Below, one piece after another: positions 37,243-47,362 of a DNA stretch of 64,000 nt (positions within the stretch are counted from its first letter, which is position 1; every line of letters begins with the position of its first letter). The position numbers and the translations under genes were made by a program. Under the pieces are notes generated by a model, which was not told the DNA's origin, made no database searches, and saw only the letters and a program-made list of their open reading frames with translations. Source of the stretch: an uncultured Candidatus Saccharibacteria bacterium (GTDB taxonomy: Bacteria > Patescibacteriota > Doudnabacteria > UBA920); assembly GCA_964473815.1 (NCBI GenBank), contig CAYYQK010000002.1:105128-169127 (forward strand), in the 5' to 3' direction.

Positions 37243-38778
37243 ATGTCAGTTCAGCTAGGTGTGCAGAAAATATTTACCGCCACACTCGTTGGCATTAATG
37301 CTTCACTTGTTCAAGTCGAAGCGGATGTTAGTAATGGTTTACCAACAACAATTATCGTTGGTCTGCCTGATGCCGCAGTGCAGGAAAGTCGTGAGCGTGT
37401 ACGCTCGGCAATAAAACATTCCGGGTTTGGTTACCCGCAAACTAGAGTCTCTTTAAATTTGGCACCAGGCTCTTTGCCGAAAATTGGAACAGGGTTCGAC
37501 GTGCCCATCGCCGTGGCAATTTTGTTGGCCAGCGGTTTGGTATCACGGAAGTCTCTAGTGTTCGATTTAAACAAGCTATTGTTGGTTGGGGAGCTTTCTT
37601 TGGATGGAATAATCAAGCCTGTTAATGGGGTTTTGGCAATGGTTGAAGCGGCCCGCAATGCTGGTTTTGCTGCGGCAATTGTGCCGACCGAAAATATTCA
37701 TACCGCAAAATTGGTTCAGGGAATTCCAGTTTTCACAGCAAAAAATTTAATTGAATTAGTGCAGTTGTTAGTGACTGGTAATGAACATGGCGAGAAACCT
37801 GCTGCACCAGTTATTAATATCTCCAAAACAGTTTTTGATTTTGCCGAAATAGCCGGACAACAACACGCCAAGCGTGCGCTAGAAATTGCTGCAGCAGGTG
37901 GGCACAATATTCTAATGACCGGCCCACCAGGGAGCGGTAAGACGTTACTGGCCAGATCTCTCCCTGGAATATTGCCAGCTCTCGAGGCTGAGGAAATTTT
38001 AGAACTGACAAAAATTTATGACTCAGCAGGCAAACTCGAAATTAATTCAGGACAAAATTTACATCGTCCATTTCGTAATCCCCACCACACCACTTCAACG
38101 ATTGCGTTAATTGGTGGTGGAGCTATCCCAAGACCCGGTGAAATTACATTGGCTCATAGAGGCGTGTTGTTTTTAGACGAACTACCAGAATTTTCTCGCG
38201 CCGTGTTAGAAGTACTCCGCCAGCCACTGGAAGACAACTATGTAACAATTACCAGAGCAAGATACGTATATACTTTTCCGGCAAGCTTTATTTTGGTTGC
38301 AGCGCAAAATCCTTGTCCTTGTGGAAACTTTGGTCAGACATTGTTGCAATGTGATTGTCATCCCACGAGCATACAAAGGTACAAAAAGAAAATTTCCGGA
38401 CCATTGCTCGACCGAATCGATTTGCATATAACAGTGCCACGTCTTTCTTATGAAGAAATATCAGCAATAAGAAATTCCAAAACAGAGAACTCAAAACAAA
38501 TTCAAGTTCGTGTTACAAAAGCTCGCAGTGTGCAAACCAAACGGTTTAACGGAGCGAAAACTAATAACGAAATGTCACCTCAGCAATTAAAACAATTTTG
38601 CCAACTCGACTCAGTAAGCGAAGATTTGTTAAAACAAGCAGCTGACAAATATCAGTTGTCGGGCAGAACAATCCATCGAATAATAAAAGTAGCACGCACG
38701 ATTGCTGATTTATCAAATTGCAAAAACATAGAAATACAACATTTGACAGAAAGCCTGCAATATCGTGTAAGGGAGTAA
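37243..38778 (+). CDS. comM: YifB/ComM Mg-chelatase-like AAA+ ATPase
   Basis: VGLPDAAVQESRERV, GPPGSGKT, PGEITLAHRGVLFLDE, NPCPCG. Confidence 0.93.
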   Translation: MSVQLGVQKIFTATLVGINASLVQVEADVSNGLPTTIIVGLPDAAVQESRERVRSAIKHSGFGYPQTRVSLNLAPGSLPKIGTGFDVPIAVAILLASGLVSRKSLVFDLNKLLLVGELSLDGIIKPVNGVLAMVEAARNAGFAAAIVPTENIHTAKLVQGIPVFTAKNLIELVQLLVTGNEHGEKPAAPVINISKTVFDFAEIAGQQHAKRALEIAAAGGHNILMTGPPGSGKTLLARSLPGILPALEAEEILELTKIYDSAGKLEINSGQNLHRPFRNPHHTTSTIALIGGGAIPRPGEITLAHRGVLFLDELPEFSRAVLEVLRQPLEDNYVTITRARYVYTFPASFILVAAQNPCPCGNFGQTLLQCDCHPTSIQRYKKKISGPLLDRIDLHITVPRLSYEEISAIRNSKTENSKQIQVRVTKARSVQTKRFNGAKTNNEMSPQQLKQFCQLDSVSEDLLKQAADKYQLSGRTIHRIIKVARTIADLSNCKNIEIQHLTESLQYRVRE

Positions 38779-38821
38779 AAATTCCATTGCGATAGTGGAT
38801 TTTGCGTAGTATAATAGATTC

Positions 38822-39736
38822 ATGACAAAATCTCAGACAGGAGCCAAACCAAGAGTAAGAAAAGCAGTTATCCCGGTGGCTGGATTTGGTACTCGTTTCC
38901 TCCCCGCAACAAAAGCGCAGCCTAAGGAAATGTTGCCTTTGGTAGACAAACCGATCATCCAATATGTAGTAGAAGATGCCGTATCTGCAGGAATTGAAGA
39001 CATTATTCTCGTGACTGGTTGGCACAAGCGTAATATCGAAGACCACTTTGATTACCCGTTTGAACTTGAAAAACGTTTAGAAGAGGCCGGCAAACACTCC
39101 CAACTCGAAGAAATACGCAAAATTGCCAACATGGCGAATTTTTACTATGTTCGCCAAAAAGGCCCTTTGGGTAATGCCACTCCAATTTTGAACGCACGCC
39201 ACATGGTGGGCGATGAGCCATTTATCGTGCTCTGGGGAGATGATTTTATCGAAGCAACCCCTTCACGCTGCCAGCAATTAGTTGATGCTTACAATAATCT
39301 TGGCGGCAGCGCTATTTTAGGTTCGATCCGCTCAGACAAACCCGAAGATTACTCTCGTTACGCCTATGCGACTGGCAGCGAAGTTGAAGGCGGAATTAAA
39401 ATAGAAAATATTATCGAAAAGCCTGGCGCTGGAAAAATTGATTCTGACTATGCAATAGTTTCCGGTTCGCTTTATGGCCCAGAAATGTTTGACGCGTTGG
39501 AAGAGGCAACTAAGCGTCATGAGCAGCAGAACACCCCTGGTGAGTTGGTGTATGTAGACGCAGTAAAAATATTACTCGAACAAAACAAAGATTGTTATGC
39601 AGTAGAAATTAAGAATGGAAAATATTACGACTGCGGTAACAAACTGGAATACTTAAAAGCTGTAGTGGAATTTGGTTTGAAGCATGAAGAGTTAAAAACA
39701 GATTTTGCAACCTTCCTGAAAGAAATTTCGAAATAA
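38822..39736 (+). CDS. galU: UTP-glucose-1-phosphate uridylyltransferase
   Basis: KAVIPVAGFGTRFLPATKAQPKEMLP. Confidence 0.95.
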   Translation: MTKSQTGAKPRVRKAVIPVAGFGTRFLPATKAQPKEMLPLVDKPIIQYVVEDAVSAGIEDIILVTGWHKRNIEDHFDYPFELEKRLEEAGKHSQLEEIRKIANMANFYYVRQKGPLGNATPILNARHMVGDEPFIVLWGDDFIEATPSRCQQLVDAYNNLGGSAILGSIRSDKPEDYSRYAYATGSEVEGGIKIENIIEKPGAGKIDSDYAIVSGSLYGPEMFDALEEATKRHEQQNTPGELVYVDAVKILLEQNKDCYAVEIKNGKYYDCGNKLEYLKAVVEFGLKHEELKTDFATFLKEISK

Positions 39737-39774
39737 AATCGATACAAGAAAAATATAATTTTCAAAAAATAAAA

Positions 39775-41085
39775 ATGAAAATCAAAAACTTTTTTAACAA
39801 AATTAGTAAAGCGTTTGTACTAACTGCAATCGCTGCTTTGCCATTGTTGTCTTTGGGTTGTAATAGCTCTGGTCCCCAAACCGGCCCGGTTGTAATTAAC
39901 ATTTGGAAACCATTTGTGGATACTGACAAAATGGAAAGCATTATCAGCGCGTATCAGTCGAAGCATCCGACGGTAACAATCATGTACACCAAGAAAAACA
40001 TTGATAACTATCAAACTGATTTGTTAAATGCTTTGGCCGCCGGAAATGGACCAGATATTTTTTCCATCAACAATACTTGGGTTCCCCAGTACTTAGACAA
40101 AATTGTTCCTGCGCCGGAAAAAGTTTTTACTGTTAAAGATTATCATGACACCTTTGTTGACCCAATGTCATCCGACTTAATTCGTGACGGAAAAATTTAC
40201 GGCACTGCAATGTGGGTGGACTCACTCGGCCTCTACTATAATAAAGATTTGATGGGCACAGCCGGCATAGCAACTCCGCCAAAAACCTGGGATGAACTCG
40301 CTACAGACACACGCCGTATAGTTCGCCAGGATAGCAACGGTTACTTTGACCGCAGTGGCCCGGCTATGGGTACAAACAAAAATGTAAATCGTGGCACTGA
40401 TATTATTTATTTATTGATGCTTCAGGCTGGCGCGTTGCCTTGGTCTAGCGATGGTAGTACTCCGCAGTTCGGAAATGAAATTACTAAAAACGGTAATTCG
40501 TTTAACCCTGGTGAAAAAGCCGTAGAATTTTACACTTCGTTCTCTGACCCAAAGAGTGCTAACTACAGCTGGAATCAAGATAGCGACTATTCAATAGATG
40601 CTTTTGCCAATGGCCGCGCCGCATTCTTATATGGATATTCTTACACTCGTTCGCAAATCAATTCCAAAGCACCAAACTTAAATTATGATGTGGCGCCAGT
40701 GCCGCAATACAATTTAACTGATCCGACTGTAAATTACTCTAATTATTTCGCAGAAGTTGTTAGTAAGCAAAGTAAGAATCAGGCCGTGGCTTGGGACTTC
40801 TTAAAGTTTGCTACTAGCAAAGACGCTTTGGCTGGATACTATAAAGCAGACAAAGAACCATCTTCTCGCCGCGATTTGATAGAACTGCAAAGTAATGATC
40901 CGGAAATGGGCGTGTTTGCTCATGCCAATTTAACCGGTAAAACTTTTTACAAAGTAGATGAAGCGAAGTTTGATGCAATCATCGGCGATATGATCGATAA
41001 TATTGTACTTCGTGGTCAAACAATTGACCAGGCTGTTCAACGAGCACAGTCGCAGGCGAGTACGTTGTCATTAATTAGAACTTAA
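39775..41085 (+). CDS. extracellular solute-binding lipoprotein (family 1)
   Basis: Lipobox LSLGC, AAGNGPDIF, LYYNKDL, PPKTWDEL. Confidence 0.88.
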   Translation: MKIKNFFNKISKAFVLTAIAALPLLSLGCNSSGPQTGPVVINIWKPFVDTDKMESIISAYQSKHPTVTIMYTKKNIDNYQTDLLNALAAGNGPDIFSINNTWVPQYLDKIVPAPEKVFTVKDYHDTFVDPMSSDLIRDGKIYGTAMWVDSLGLYYNKDLMGTAGIATPPKTWDELATDTRRIVRQDSNGYFDRSGPAMGTNKNVNRGTDIIYLLMLQAGALPWSSDGSTPQFGNEITKNGNSFNPGEKAVEFYTSFSDPKSANYSWNQDSDYSIDAFANGRAAFLYGYSYTRSQINSKAPNLNYDVAPVPQYNLTDPTVNYSNYFAEVVSKQSKNQAVAWDFLKFATSKDALAGYYKADKEPSSRRDLIELQSNDPEMGVFAHANLTGKTFYKVDEAKFDAIIGDMIDNIVLRGQTIDQAVQRAQSQASTLSLIRT

Positions 41086-41099
41086 GTTAATTCATTTTT

Positions 41100-41600
41100 A
41101 TGAACCGATTGTTTGCAAAAATTATTCTTGCTTCCGCATTAACTTTAGTTAGCGTTTTAGGTGTATCGATAGTCTCTTCTGCCCCACAAGTTTTTGCGCA
41201 AAACACGCAGCCTACTGACAAGCCAACCAATGGCGAAAAAGGTGGTTTTGTTCCTTGCGGTAATACTGCTGATAATCCTTGCACGGTCGGACATTTGTTT
41301 GCCGCGTTCGTTGTGATTGTGAATTACTTAATTAGTATGGCAGGTTTTGTAGCAGTATTCTTTATAGTGTTCGCGGGGTTGCAAATGGTTTCCTCGCAAG
41401 GACAAGAAAAACTTGCCGCATCAAAAAAAAGATTAACCGGCGCGATTACTGGTTTGGTTATAGTGGCGCTTGCTTTTGTATTAGCTAACGCATTATTCGC
41501 TGGAAGTCTAAGCGTGGGAGTAAAAGATGGCCCAAGCATTTTAGCAAATCCGCTCGACTATATTAGTAAAGCCGAGTTAAGTAATACAAATTCTAAGTAA
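41100..41600 (+). CDS. TrbC/VirB2-like pilin
   Basis: Signal peptide; TM-G..M..S.G-basic-TM hairpin; GFVPCG. Confidence 0.75.
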   Translation: MNRLFAKIILASALTLVSVLGVSIVSSAPQVFAQNTQPTDKPTNGEKGGFVPCGNTADNPCTVGHLFAAFVVIVNYLISMAGFVAVFFIVFAGLQMVSSQGQEKLAASKKRLTGAITGLVIVALAFVLANALFAGSLSVGVKDGPSILANPLDYISKAELSNTNSK

Positions 41601-42044
41601 ATGAAATTCTTCTCAAAACTAAAATCCGTCATAACCATTCTAGGCTTTGCCGTTTTGTTGATGGTCTTTCTGAATCAGTTGGTCATATCTACACCACAGA
41701 CTTATGCTGCTAATAGCAACAGTAATACTGTAAAGGCCATTTTAGGAGCGAACGCCAATATCCCCGATGCAAAGGTCGTCACACCGGCAAAAATATCTAA
41801 CCCTGTTGGAACTGACTCATTGCTTGGAGTCGGGACTAAACTAATAAAATTCTTGCTGGGATTAATTGTTATCGTAGCGGTTATCGCTATTGTAATTGCT
41901 GGTTTTAGAATGATCACCGGCGGTGCGAACCCATCACAAATTGCCCAAGCTAAACGCGCAATTATTTGGGCGATTGTTGGGTTAGCAGTCGCATTATTCT
42001 CTTTTGCGATAATCGAAATGGTTAATACCTTTATAGCTAAATAG
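41601..42044 (+). CDS. TrbC/VirB2-like pilin
   Basis: AGFRMITGG..AKRAIIWAIVGL. Confidence 0.8.
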   Translation: MKFFSKLKSVITILGFAVLLMVFLNQLVISTPQTYAANSNSNTVKAILGANANIPDAKVVTPAKISNPVGTDSLLGVGTKLIKFLLGLIVIVAVIAIVIAGFRMITGGANPSQIAQAKRAIIWAIVGLAVALFSFAIIEMVNTFIAK

Positions 42045-42045
42045 T

Positions 42046-42927
42046 ATGAAATTTTACAGGTTTACAAAATGGTTAGCTGTGGCTGAAATTATTATTTCGG
42101 TACTTTTTGTTGTAAATATAAACACTACTTTCGCTCAAACTACAAGTACAGCCCAGAATTCTTGTACAACCGCAACTTTAACTTTAATTAATAGCGCCAC
42201 AGGCCAAAAAGCAACAAGTCAAACGATTAAATCTTCTCAAGCAAGCAAGTACGGCCTTAGGGTAAATATTCATACGAACCCAGTTTGCACACCTACAAAC
42301 TTTAGTTTACTCGGAGCAACATATGAAGATGTAAATGGCTCGCACAGTACACCAGTTCAAACAGTTACATTTTGTAATGAGTGTAGTTATGGTGCCGGTG
42401 ATTTTCAGCAAGATACTCAAGCATTTGGCACGCCGAGTAACACGACTTATTCTTATAATTTACTAGTTAATACTAGTGTAAGCTCAGTAACTACTCATAT
42501 AAATGTAACTTTTACAGACGACAAAGGAAATATTAACAAAAATGGTATTGGTGGTAATTTGAATACTAATTCCCGTGGTGGTAGTAATGCCAACAACAGC
42601 AACACTCCACTTCCCGACGTAAACACTGGTGTGAGCGCGAACTTTAATACGAACTTTGATTCAACAATAAGTTTGTTTCCTAATCTTCTAAATATAGATT
42701 CTGTTCCGGCTTTAATTGCCGCGTTGGTAAAAATATTATTTACGCTCACGGGTTTAGTAGCTGTTGTGGTAATTATTATTGCCGGCTTCCGAATGGTGAT
42801 GTCGCAGGGTAATGAATCCGAAATTACCAAAGGAAAGAAAGCAATCACATGGGCCATTGCCGGATTAATAGTTTCGATTTTAGCATTTAGTATTGTCGCC
42901 ATCATACAAAGCATTATTAGAGGTTAA
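42046..42927 (+). CDS. pilin-domain protein with large N-terminal extracellular domain
   Basis: C-terminal AGFRMVMSQGN..KGKKAITWAIAGL. Confidence 0.78.
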   Translation: MKFYRFTKWLAVAEIIISVLFVVNINTTFAQTTSTAQNSCTTATLTLINSATGQKATSQTIKSSQASKYGLRVNIHTNPVCTPTNFSLLGATYEDVNGSHSTPVQTVTFCNECSYGAGDFQQDTQAFGTPSNTTYSYNLLVNTSVSSVTTHINVTFTDDKGNINKNGIGGNLNTNSRGGSNANNSNTPLPDVNTGVSANFNTNFDSTISLFPNLLNIDSVPALIAALVKILFTLTGLVAVVVIIIAGFRMVMSQGNESEITKGKKAITWAIAGLIVSILAFSIVAIIQSIIRG

Positions 42928-42935
42928 ATAAAATA

Positions 42936-43346
42936 ATGAAAACCATTCAAAAATATTTTTTAGTAGTTCTGTCATCCGCTACTTTACTTCTGCCACACTT
43001 GGCATTAGCGCAAACTGCAAATAATCAAGGCACTTGCGCGGAATTGAAACAGCAATTTGATAACGCTGGCGGTACAAACGTAGTTGCTAGTGTGCCGTGG
43101 TACTGTTCCGTACCAGACGTTTATACTAAATTCATCAACGTGGCCATGTTCGCAGTTGGAATTGTAGCAGTGTTGGCTATTATTTATGGCGGTTATCTAT
43201 ATATGACAGCGCAAAGCAATGAAGCGCAAAGAAAAAAGGGACGCGACGTATTAACCTGGGCAGTAATCGGATTGGTTGTTGTCATTGCAGCCGCAGTAAT
43301 CGTTGATGTCGTTGTTAAGGGACTTGTTGAAAAATCGTTTGTATAA
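42936..43346 (+). CDS. TrbC/VirB2-like pilin
   Basis: IYGGYLYMTA..KKGRDVLTWAVIGL. Confidence 0.8.
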   Translation: MKTIQKYFLVVLSSATLLLPHLALAQTANNQGTCAELKQQFDNAGGTNVVASVPWYCSVPDVYTKFINVAMFAVGIVAVLAIIYGGYLYMTAQSNEAQRKKGRDVLTWAVIGLVVVIAAAVIVDVVVKGLVEKSFV

Positions 43347-43408
43347 TCTGTGAGATATAGTAAAATAAAGCTAGGTTATTTAAAGCTTAAAACTTTTCCC
43401 GAAAGGCG

Positions 43409-43837
43409 GTGAAAACATTGAAACAAACCCTAAAAAAATTAAATTGGTTAGGAGTGGCTCAGGTAATTATGGTTGGTGCATTTATGTTGCTACCAGTAGT
43501 TCCTAGCGTTGCTCACGGTGCATTGGTTGATACTTTCGTAAACCAGTGTCCGGCTGATACCGGCGTTCGCTGTAGCGAAGGCAGTATCGCTTCCATCTTT
43601 AAATTGATCATCAGCTGGGCTTTGGCTATTGCTTTCATCGCTGCTGTAATCATGCTTATCGTTGGTGGTTTCCGTTACATCACTTCTGCTGGAAACACTG
43701 ATTCTGCTACCAAAGGTAAGACTGCGATCATCAACGCTTTGATTGGTATTGTAATTATCGTTTTGTCTTACATTATCGTTCAGATCGTTTACCGCTTCGT
43801 AGCTGGTACAGGCGGCGGCGGTGCACTTGGTCAATAA
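43409..43837 (+). CDS. TrbC/VirB2-like pilin (probable major subunit)
   Basis: GGFRYITSAGN..KGKTAIINALIG; codon usage like highly expressed genes. Confidence 0.8.
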   Translation: MKTLKQTLKKLNWLGVAQVIMVGAFMLLPVVPSVAHGALVDTFVNQCPADTGVRCSEGSIASIFKLIISWALAIAFIAAVIMLIVGGFRYITSAGNTDSATKGKTAIINALIGIVIIVLSYIIVQIVYRFVAGTGGGGALGQ

Positions 43838-43949
43838 ACTTACTACAATTTCTTTTCCCGCATTGTTTTTATACTTGCGGGATAGTTCTGGGAACGAAAG
43901 TTAAGACTACTACTTTTGTTTCCAGAACTATTAAAAACATAAAAATCGA

Positions 43950-44369
43950 ATGACAAATAAAATTTTATCCCTAACAGTTTTGCTTAGCAGCGTAATGGTT
44001 GTTGTGATGGCTTTATTTGCACAGCCAGTTGGAGCTCAAGTAACCGGAGGCCCTGGCACCAGTACTGGTGGCGATCAGGTACAAAATGGTTTAGGAGTCG
44101 TTGGGCAGGCGTTCCCTTCAGGTGCTAAAGAACCTATTAGTGTTCCTGATTTTGTACACAAAATTATCAACTGGGCTTTATACATTGCCGCTATTGCAGC
44201 AGTGATCATGTTAATTGTCGGTGGATACTTTTACATTTTCTCTGCAGGTAACTCCGCAAATGCGACCAAAGGCCGAACCACTCTAGTAAATGCTCTTATC
44301 GGATTATCTGTTATCGTGTTGTCTTACATTATTGTTCAAGTAGTTTACAGATTCTTAGTAAGTCGTTAA
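43950..44369 (+). CDS. TrbC/VirB2-like pilin
   Basis: GGYFYIFSAGN..KGRTTLVNALIG. Confidence 0.8.
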   Translation: MTNKILSLTVLLSSVMVVVMALFAQPVGAQVTGGPGTSTGGDQVQNGLGVVGQAFPSGAKEPISVPDFVHKIINWALYIAAIAAVIMLIVGGYFYIFSAGNSANATKGRTTLVNALIGLSVIVLSYIIVQVVYRFLVSR

Positions 44370-44382
44370 TTAATTTCGTTTT

Positions 44383-45207
44383 GTGAAATTACTTCAATCT
44401 ATAATTTCTAAAATTTCTATAACCATGCTGGCGACGTTCAGCATGGTTTTACTAGTACCAACCCCTGCTCAGGCACTGAACACTCCTTTCGTGGGGTGTA
44501 TTAATCATTCAACAGGTGATTTGTTTTTATACGATTCAGTGAAAGGTTGTCCAAATGGATTCGAGAGAAGTGAATACATGCGCTCTGATGCTGATGGTCA
44601 TGTGTTTACCGGCGTTTGTATTGTAAAAACTGGTAGCAGTTATGGCGGAATCGAAATTGGCCCGGATGGATTTGATGACTATATGCTTAATACAACAGGA
44701 GATAAATGTGAATCAGCCACCGGCCCTGCATGGCCATACCGGTCTTACGCTTCAATCAAAGCGTATGACGGCGGAGACGATAATGGCAATGGAAATGTAA
44801 ATATCAACACCAATACGAATAACAACACTGGTAGAGGCGGCGGGACTAATTCAAACAACAACGGTTCTTCAGCCCAAGTCCCTTGTGAAAATGAACCCGG
44901 GTTCCATAAAGTTGGACCTTTGTGTGTACCAAATAGTCCGGTATCAGATCCTAACGCAGTAGTAAACAAACATGATTTCCCAAGTTTGGCAGCGATGGTC
45001 ATTAAAATTCTTTTGTACTTTGCAGGAATTGTAGCCGTGATCTTTGCGATCATTGGTGGCTACCAAATTATGACCGCACAAGGAAATGCGGCACAGGCAA
45101 CTAATGGCCGTAAGACTTTAACGAATGCTTTGATTGGTTTGGGTATTGTAATTTTGGCCTATATCATTGTTCAGGCAGTAGTATCATTTTTAACAAAACC
45201 ATTGTAA
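44383..45207 (+). CDS. pilin-domain protein with Cys-containing N-terminal domain
   Basis: C-terminal GGYQIMTAQGN..GRKTLTNALIG. Confidence 0.78.
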   Translation: MKLLQSIISKISITMLATFSMVLLVPTPAQALNTPFVGCINHSTGDLFLYDSVKGCPNGFERSEYMRSDADGHVFTGVCIVKTGSSYGGIEIGPDGFDDYMLNTTGDKCESATGPAWPYRSYASIKAYDGGDDNGNGNVNINTNTNNNTGRGGGTNSNNNGSSAQVPCENEPGFHKVGPLCVPNSPVSDPNAVVNKHDFPSLAAMVIKILLYFAGIVAVIFAIIGGYQIMTAQGNAAQATNGRKTLTNALIGLGIVILAYIIVQAVVSFLTKPL

Positions 45208-45317
45208 AAGCTCTTCCCAAACAGGTTTTTATATCGTATAATTAATAACCAGATGGCCCTTTTGGGTAAAATCTGGTTATTTTTGAAATATTTTTGAGAT
45301 AACTAGCATATTATTAT

Positions 45318-45404
45318 GCCGGGGTGGCGAAATTGGCAGACGCACCAGCCTTAGGAGCTGGCGGGAGCAATCCTGTGGAGGTTCAAGTCCTCTCCCCGGC
45401 ACCA
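45318..45404 (+). tRNA. tRNA-Leu(TAG)
   Basis: gccggggtggcgaaattgg...ctTAGga...ggttcaagtcc...ggcacca. Confidence 0.95.
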
Positions 45405-45449
45405 AATTGAAAACCGAACAAAGGAAAAGTTTGATAATTAAATTTTTGT

Positions 45450-47333
45450 ATGAGTAAAGTTATAAAAAATATTATTTTAATCCTTATTGGATTCTTGATT
45501 GTCTCAGTAGTTGTGGCTGCATTTACAACTCACAAAGAAACAAAGACTGTCCCATTGTCCGAAGTGGGTAATTTAGTCCGCGATGGAAAAGTCGATAGCT
45601 TGCAGGTTGGATCATCTTCTATTGAAGCGCAACTAAAAGACAGCAGCACAAAAGTGCAAGCTAACTTAGGTGTTAACACTGATATTCCAAAATATTTTGT
45701 AGACAGCGGTGTACCAGCTGACAAAGTTAATGCAGTAAAAATTGAATTTAAAAATCCGAGCACAGCATCGCAAGTTGCTGGTGCGATTTTGCCATTCCTA
45801 ATTCCGTTTATTTTAATCGCGTTATTTATTTACTTCCTGATGCGCCAAGTGCAAGGTTCCAACAATCGTGCCTTAACTTTTGGACAATCTACAGTACGTT
45901 TGTCTGATGAACAAAAAAATAAAGTTCGTTTTGATGATGTTGCTGGTGCAAAAGAAGCAAAGGAAGAGTTGTCCGAAATTGTTCAGTTCCTTCGTTACCC
46001 ACAAAAGTTTTTGTCGCTAGGTGCAAAGATTCCTAAAGGTGTTTTATTGTTAGGAAGTCCTGGTGTTGGTAAAACTATGCTTGCTCGCGCAGTTGCTGGG
46101 GAAGCGAATGTACCTTTCTTCCATATCTCAGGTTCTGAATTCGTGGAAATGTTTGTGGGTGTTGGTGCGTCACGTGTGCGTGACTTGTTTAAAAAAGCAA
46201 AACGCAATGCGCCTTGTATTGTATTCATAGATGAAATTGATGCAGTTGGTCGTCAGCGCGGAGCAGGGCTCGGCGGCGGCCACGACGAGCGCGAACAAAC
46301 TTTAAACCAAATCCTAGTCGAAATGGACGGCTTCGAAACAGACACAAACGTCATTGTCGTGGCCGCAACTAACCGCCCAGATGTTTTGGACCCAGCACTT
46401 CTTCGCCCTGGCCGTTTTGACCGTCAGGTTTACTTAAGTCTTCCAGACTTGAATGACCGCGAAGCAATTCTAAAAGTTCATGCTAAAGGCAAACCTTTTG
46501 CTGACCAGGTTAACTTTAAAAAAGTAGCCCAACGCACTCCTGGTTTTTCCGGAGCAGATTTGGCTAATCTTCTGAACGAAGGAGCCATCCTTGCTGCCCG
46601 TGAAGATAAAAAGACCATCGACAATAATGACTTAAAGGAAGCAATTGAAAAAGTTATCATGGGTCCTGCTCGCAAGAGTCACTTAATGTCTGAACAAGAA
46701 AAGAAGATCACCGCTTTCCACGAAGGTGGTCATGCATTGGTTGGTACTGTTATGCCTGATGCAGATCCAGTGCACAAAGTAACCATTCTTCCTCGTGGTC
46801 GTGCTGGCGGTTACACTTTGAATTTGCCGAACGAAGACCGTAACTATCACACCAAGTCTAGTTTCTTAGACCAAATTGCAATGGCAATGGGTGGATACGT
46901 TGCAGAAAAAGTTGTATTCAACGAATTAACAACCGGCGCTAGCAGCGACCTGGAAAAAGCTACTAAGATGGCACGCATGCTTGTAACTCAGTACGGTATG
47001 AGTGATGCGATCGGCCCAATCGTTTTAGGTGAAATCCATCAGAACGTTTTCTTGGGTCGCGACCTAGGCGAGCAAAAGAATTACAGTGAAGCCAGTGCTC
47101 AAAAAATTGATGACGAAGTGCGTCGTATTTTAGTTGAGGCAGAAACTCGCGCAACTAATGTAATCAATACTCATCGTTCACACTTAGACAAGATTGCAGA
47201 AGCTTTGCTTGAAAAAGAAAGTTTGGAACGCGAAGAATTTGCTGCAATCGTCGACGACATCATTCCTGAACATAAAAAAGAAACTCCTGAATTCACAGAT
47301 GTAACCGGAGAAATGGGCGCCGCCGCTGTATAG
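45450..47333 (+). CDS. ftsH: ATP-dependent zinc metalloprotease FtsH
   Basis: [21 protein letters not shown]. Confidence 0.98.
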   Translation: MSKVIKNIILILIGFLIVSVVVAAFTTHKETKTVPLSEVGNLVRDGKVDSLQVGSSSIEAQLKDSSTKVQANLGVNTDIPKYFVDSGVPADKVNAVKIEFKNPSTASQVAGAILPFLIPFILIALFIYFLMRQVQGSNNRALTFGQSTVRLSDEQKNKVRFDDVAGAKEAKEELSEIVQFLRYPQKFLSLGAKIPKGVLLLGSPGVGKTMLARAVAGEANVPFFHISGSEFVEMFVGVGASRVRDLFKKAKRNAPCIVFIDEIDAVGRQRGAGLGGGHDEREQTLNQILVEMDGFETDTNVIVVAATNRPDVLDPALLRPGRFDRQVYLSLPDLNDREAILKVHAKGKPFADQVNFKKVAQRTPGFSGADLANLLNEGAILAAREDKKTIDNNDLKEAIEKVIMGPARKSHLMSEQEKKITAFHEGGHALVGTVMPDADPVHKVTILPRGRAGGYTLNLPNEDRNYHTKSSFLDQIAMAMGGYVAEKVVFNELTTGASSDLEKATKMARMLVTQYGMSDAIGPIVLGEIHQNVFLGRDLGEQKNYSEASAQKIDDEVRRILVEAETRATNVINTHRSHLDKIAEALLEKESLEREEFAAIVDDIIPEHKKETPEFTDVTGEMGAAAV

Positions 47334-47362
47334 TTGAACGCTTAACTATTAAGTTCAGCGCA

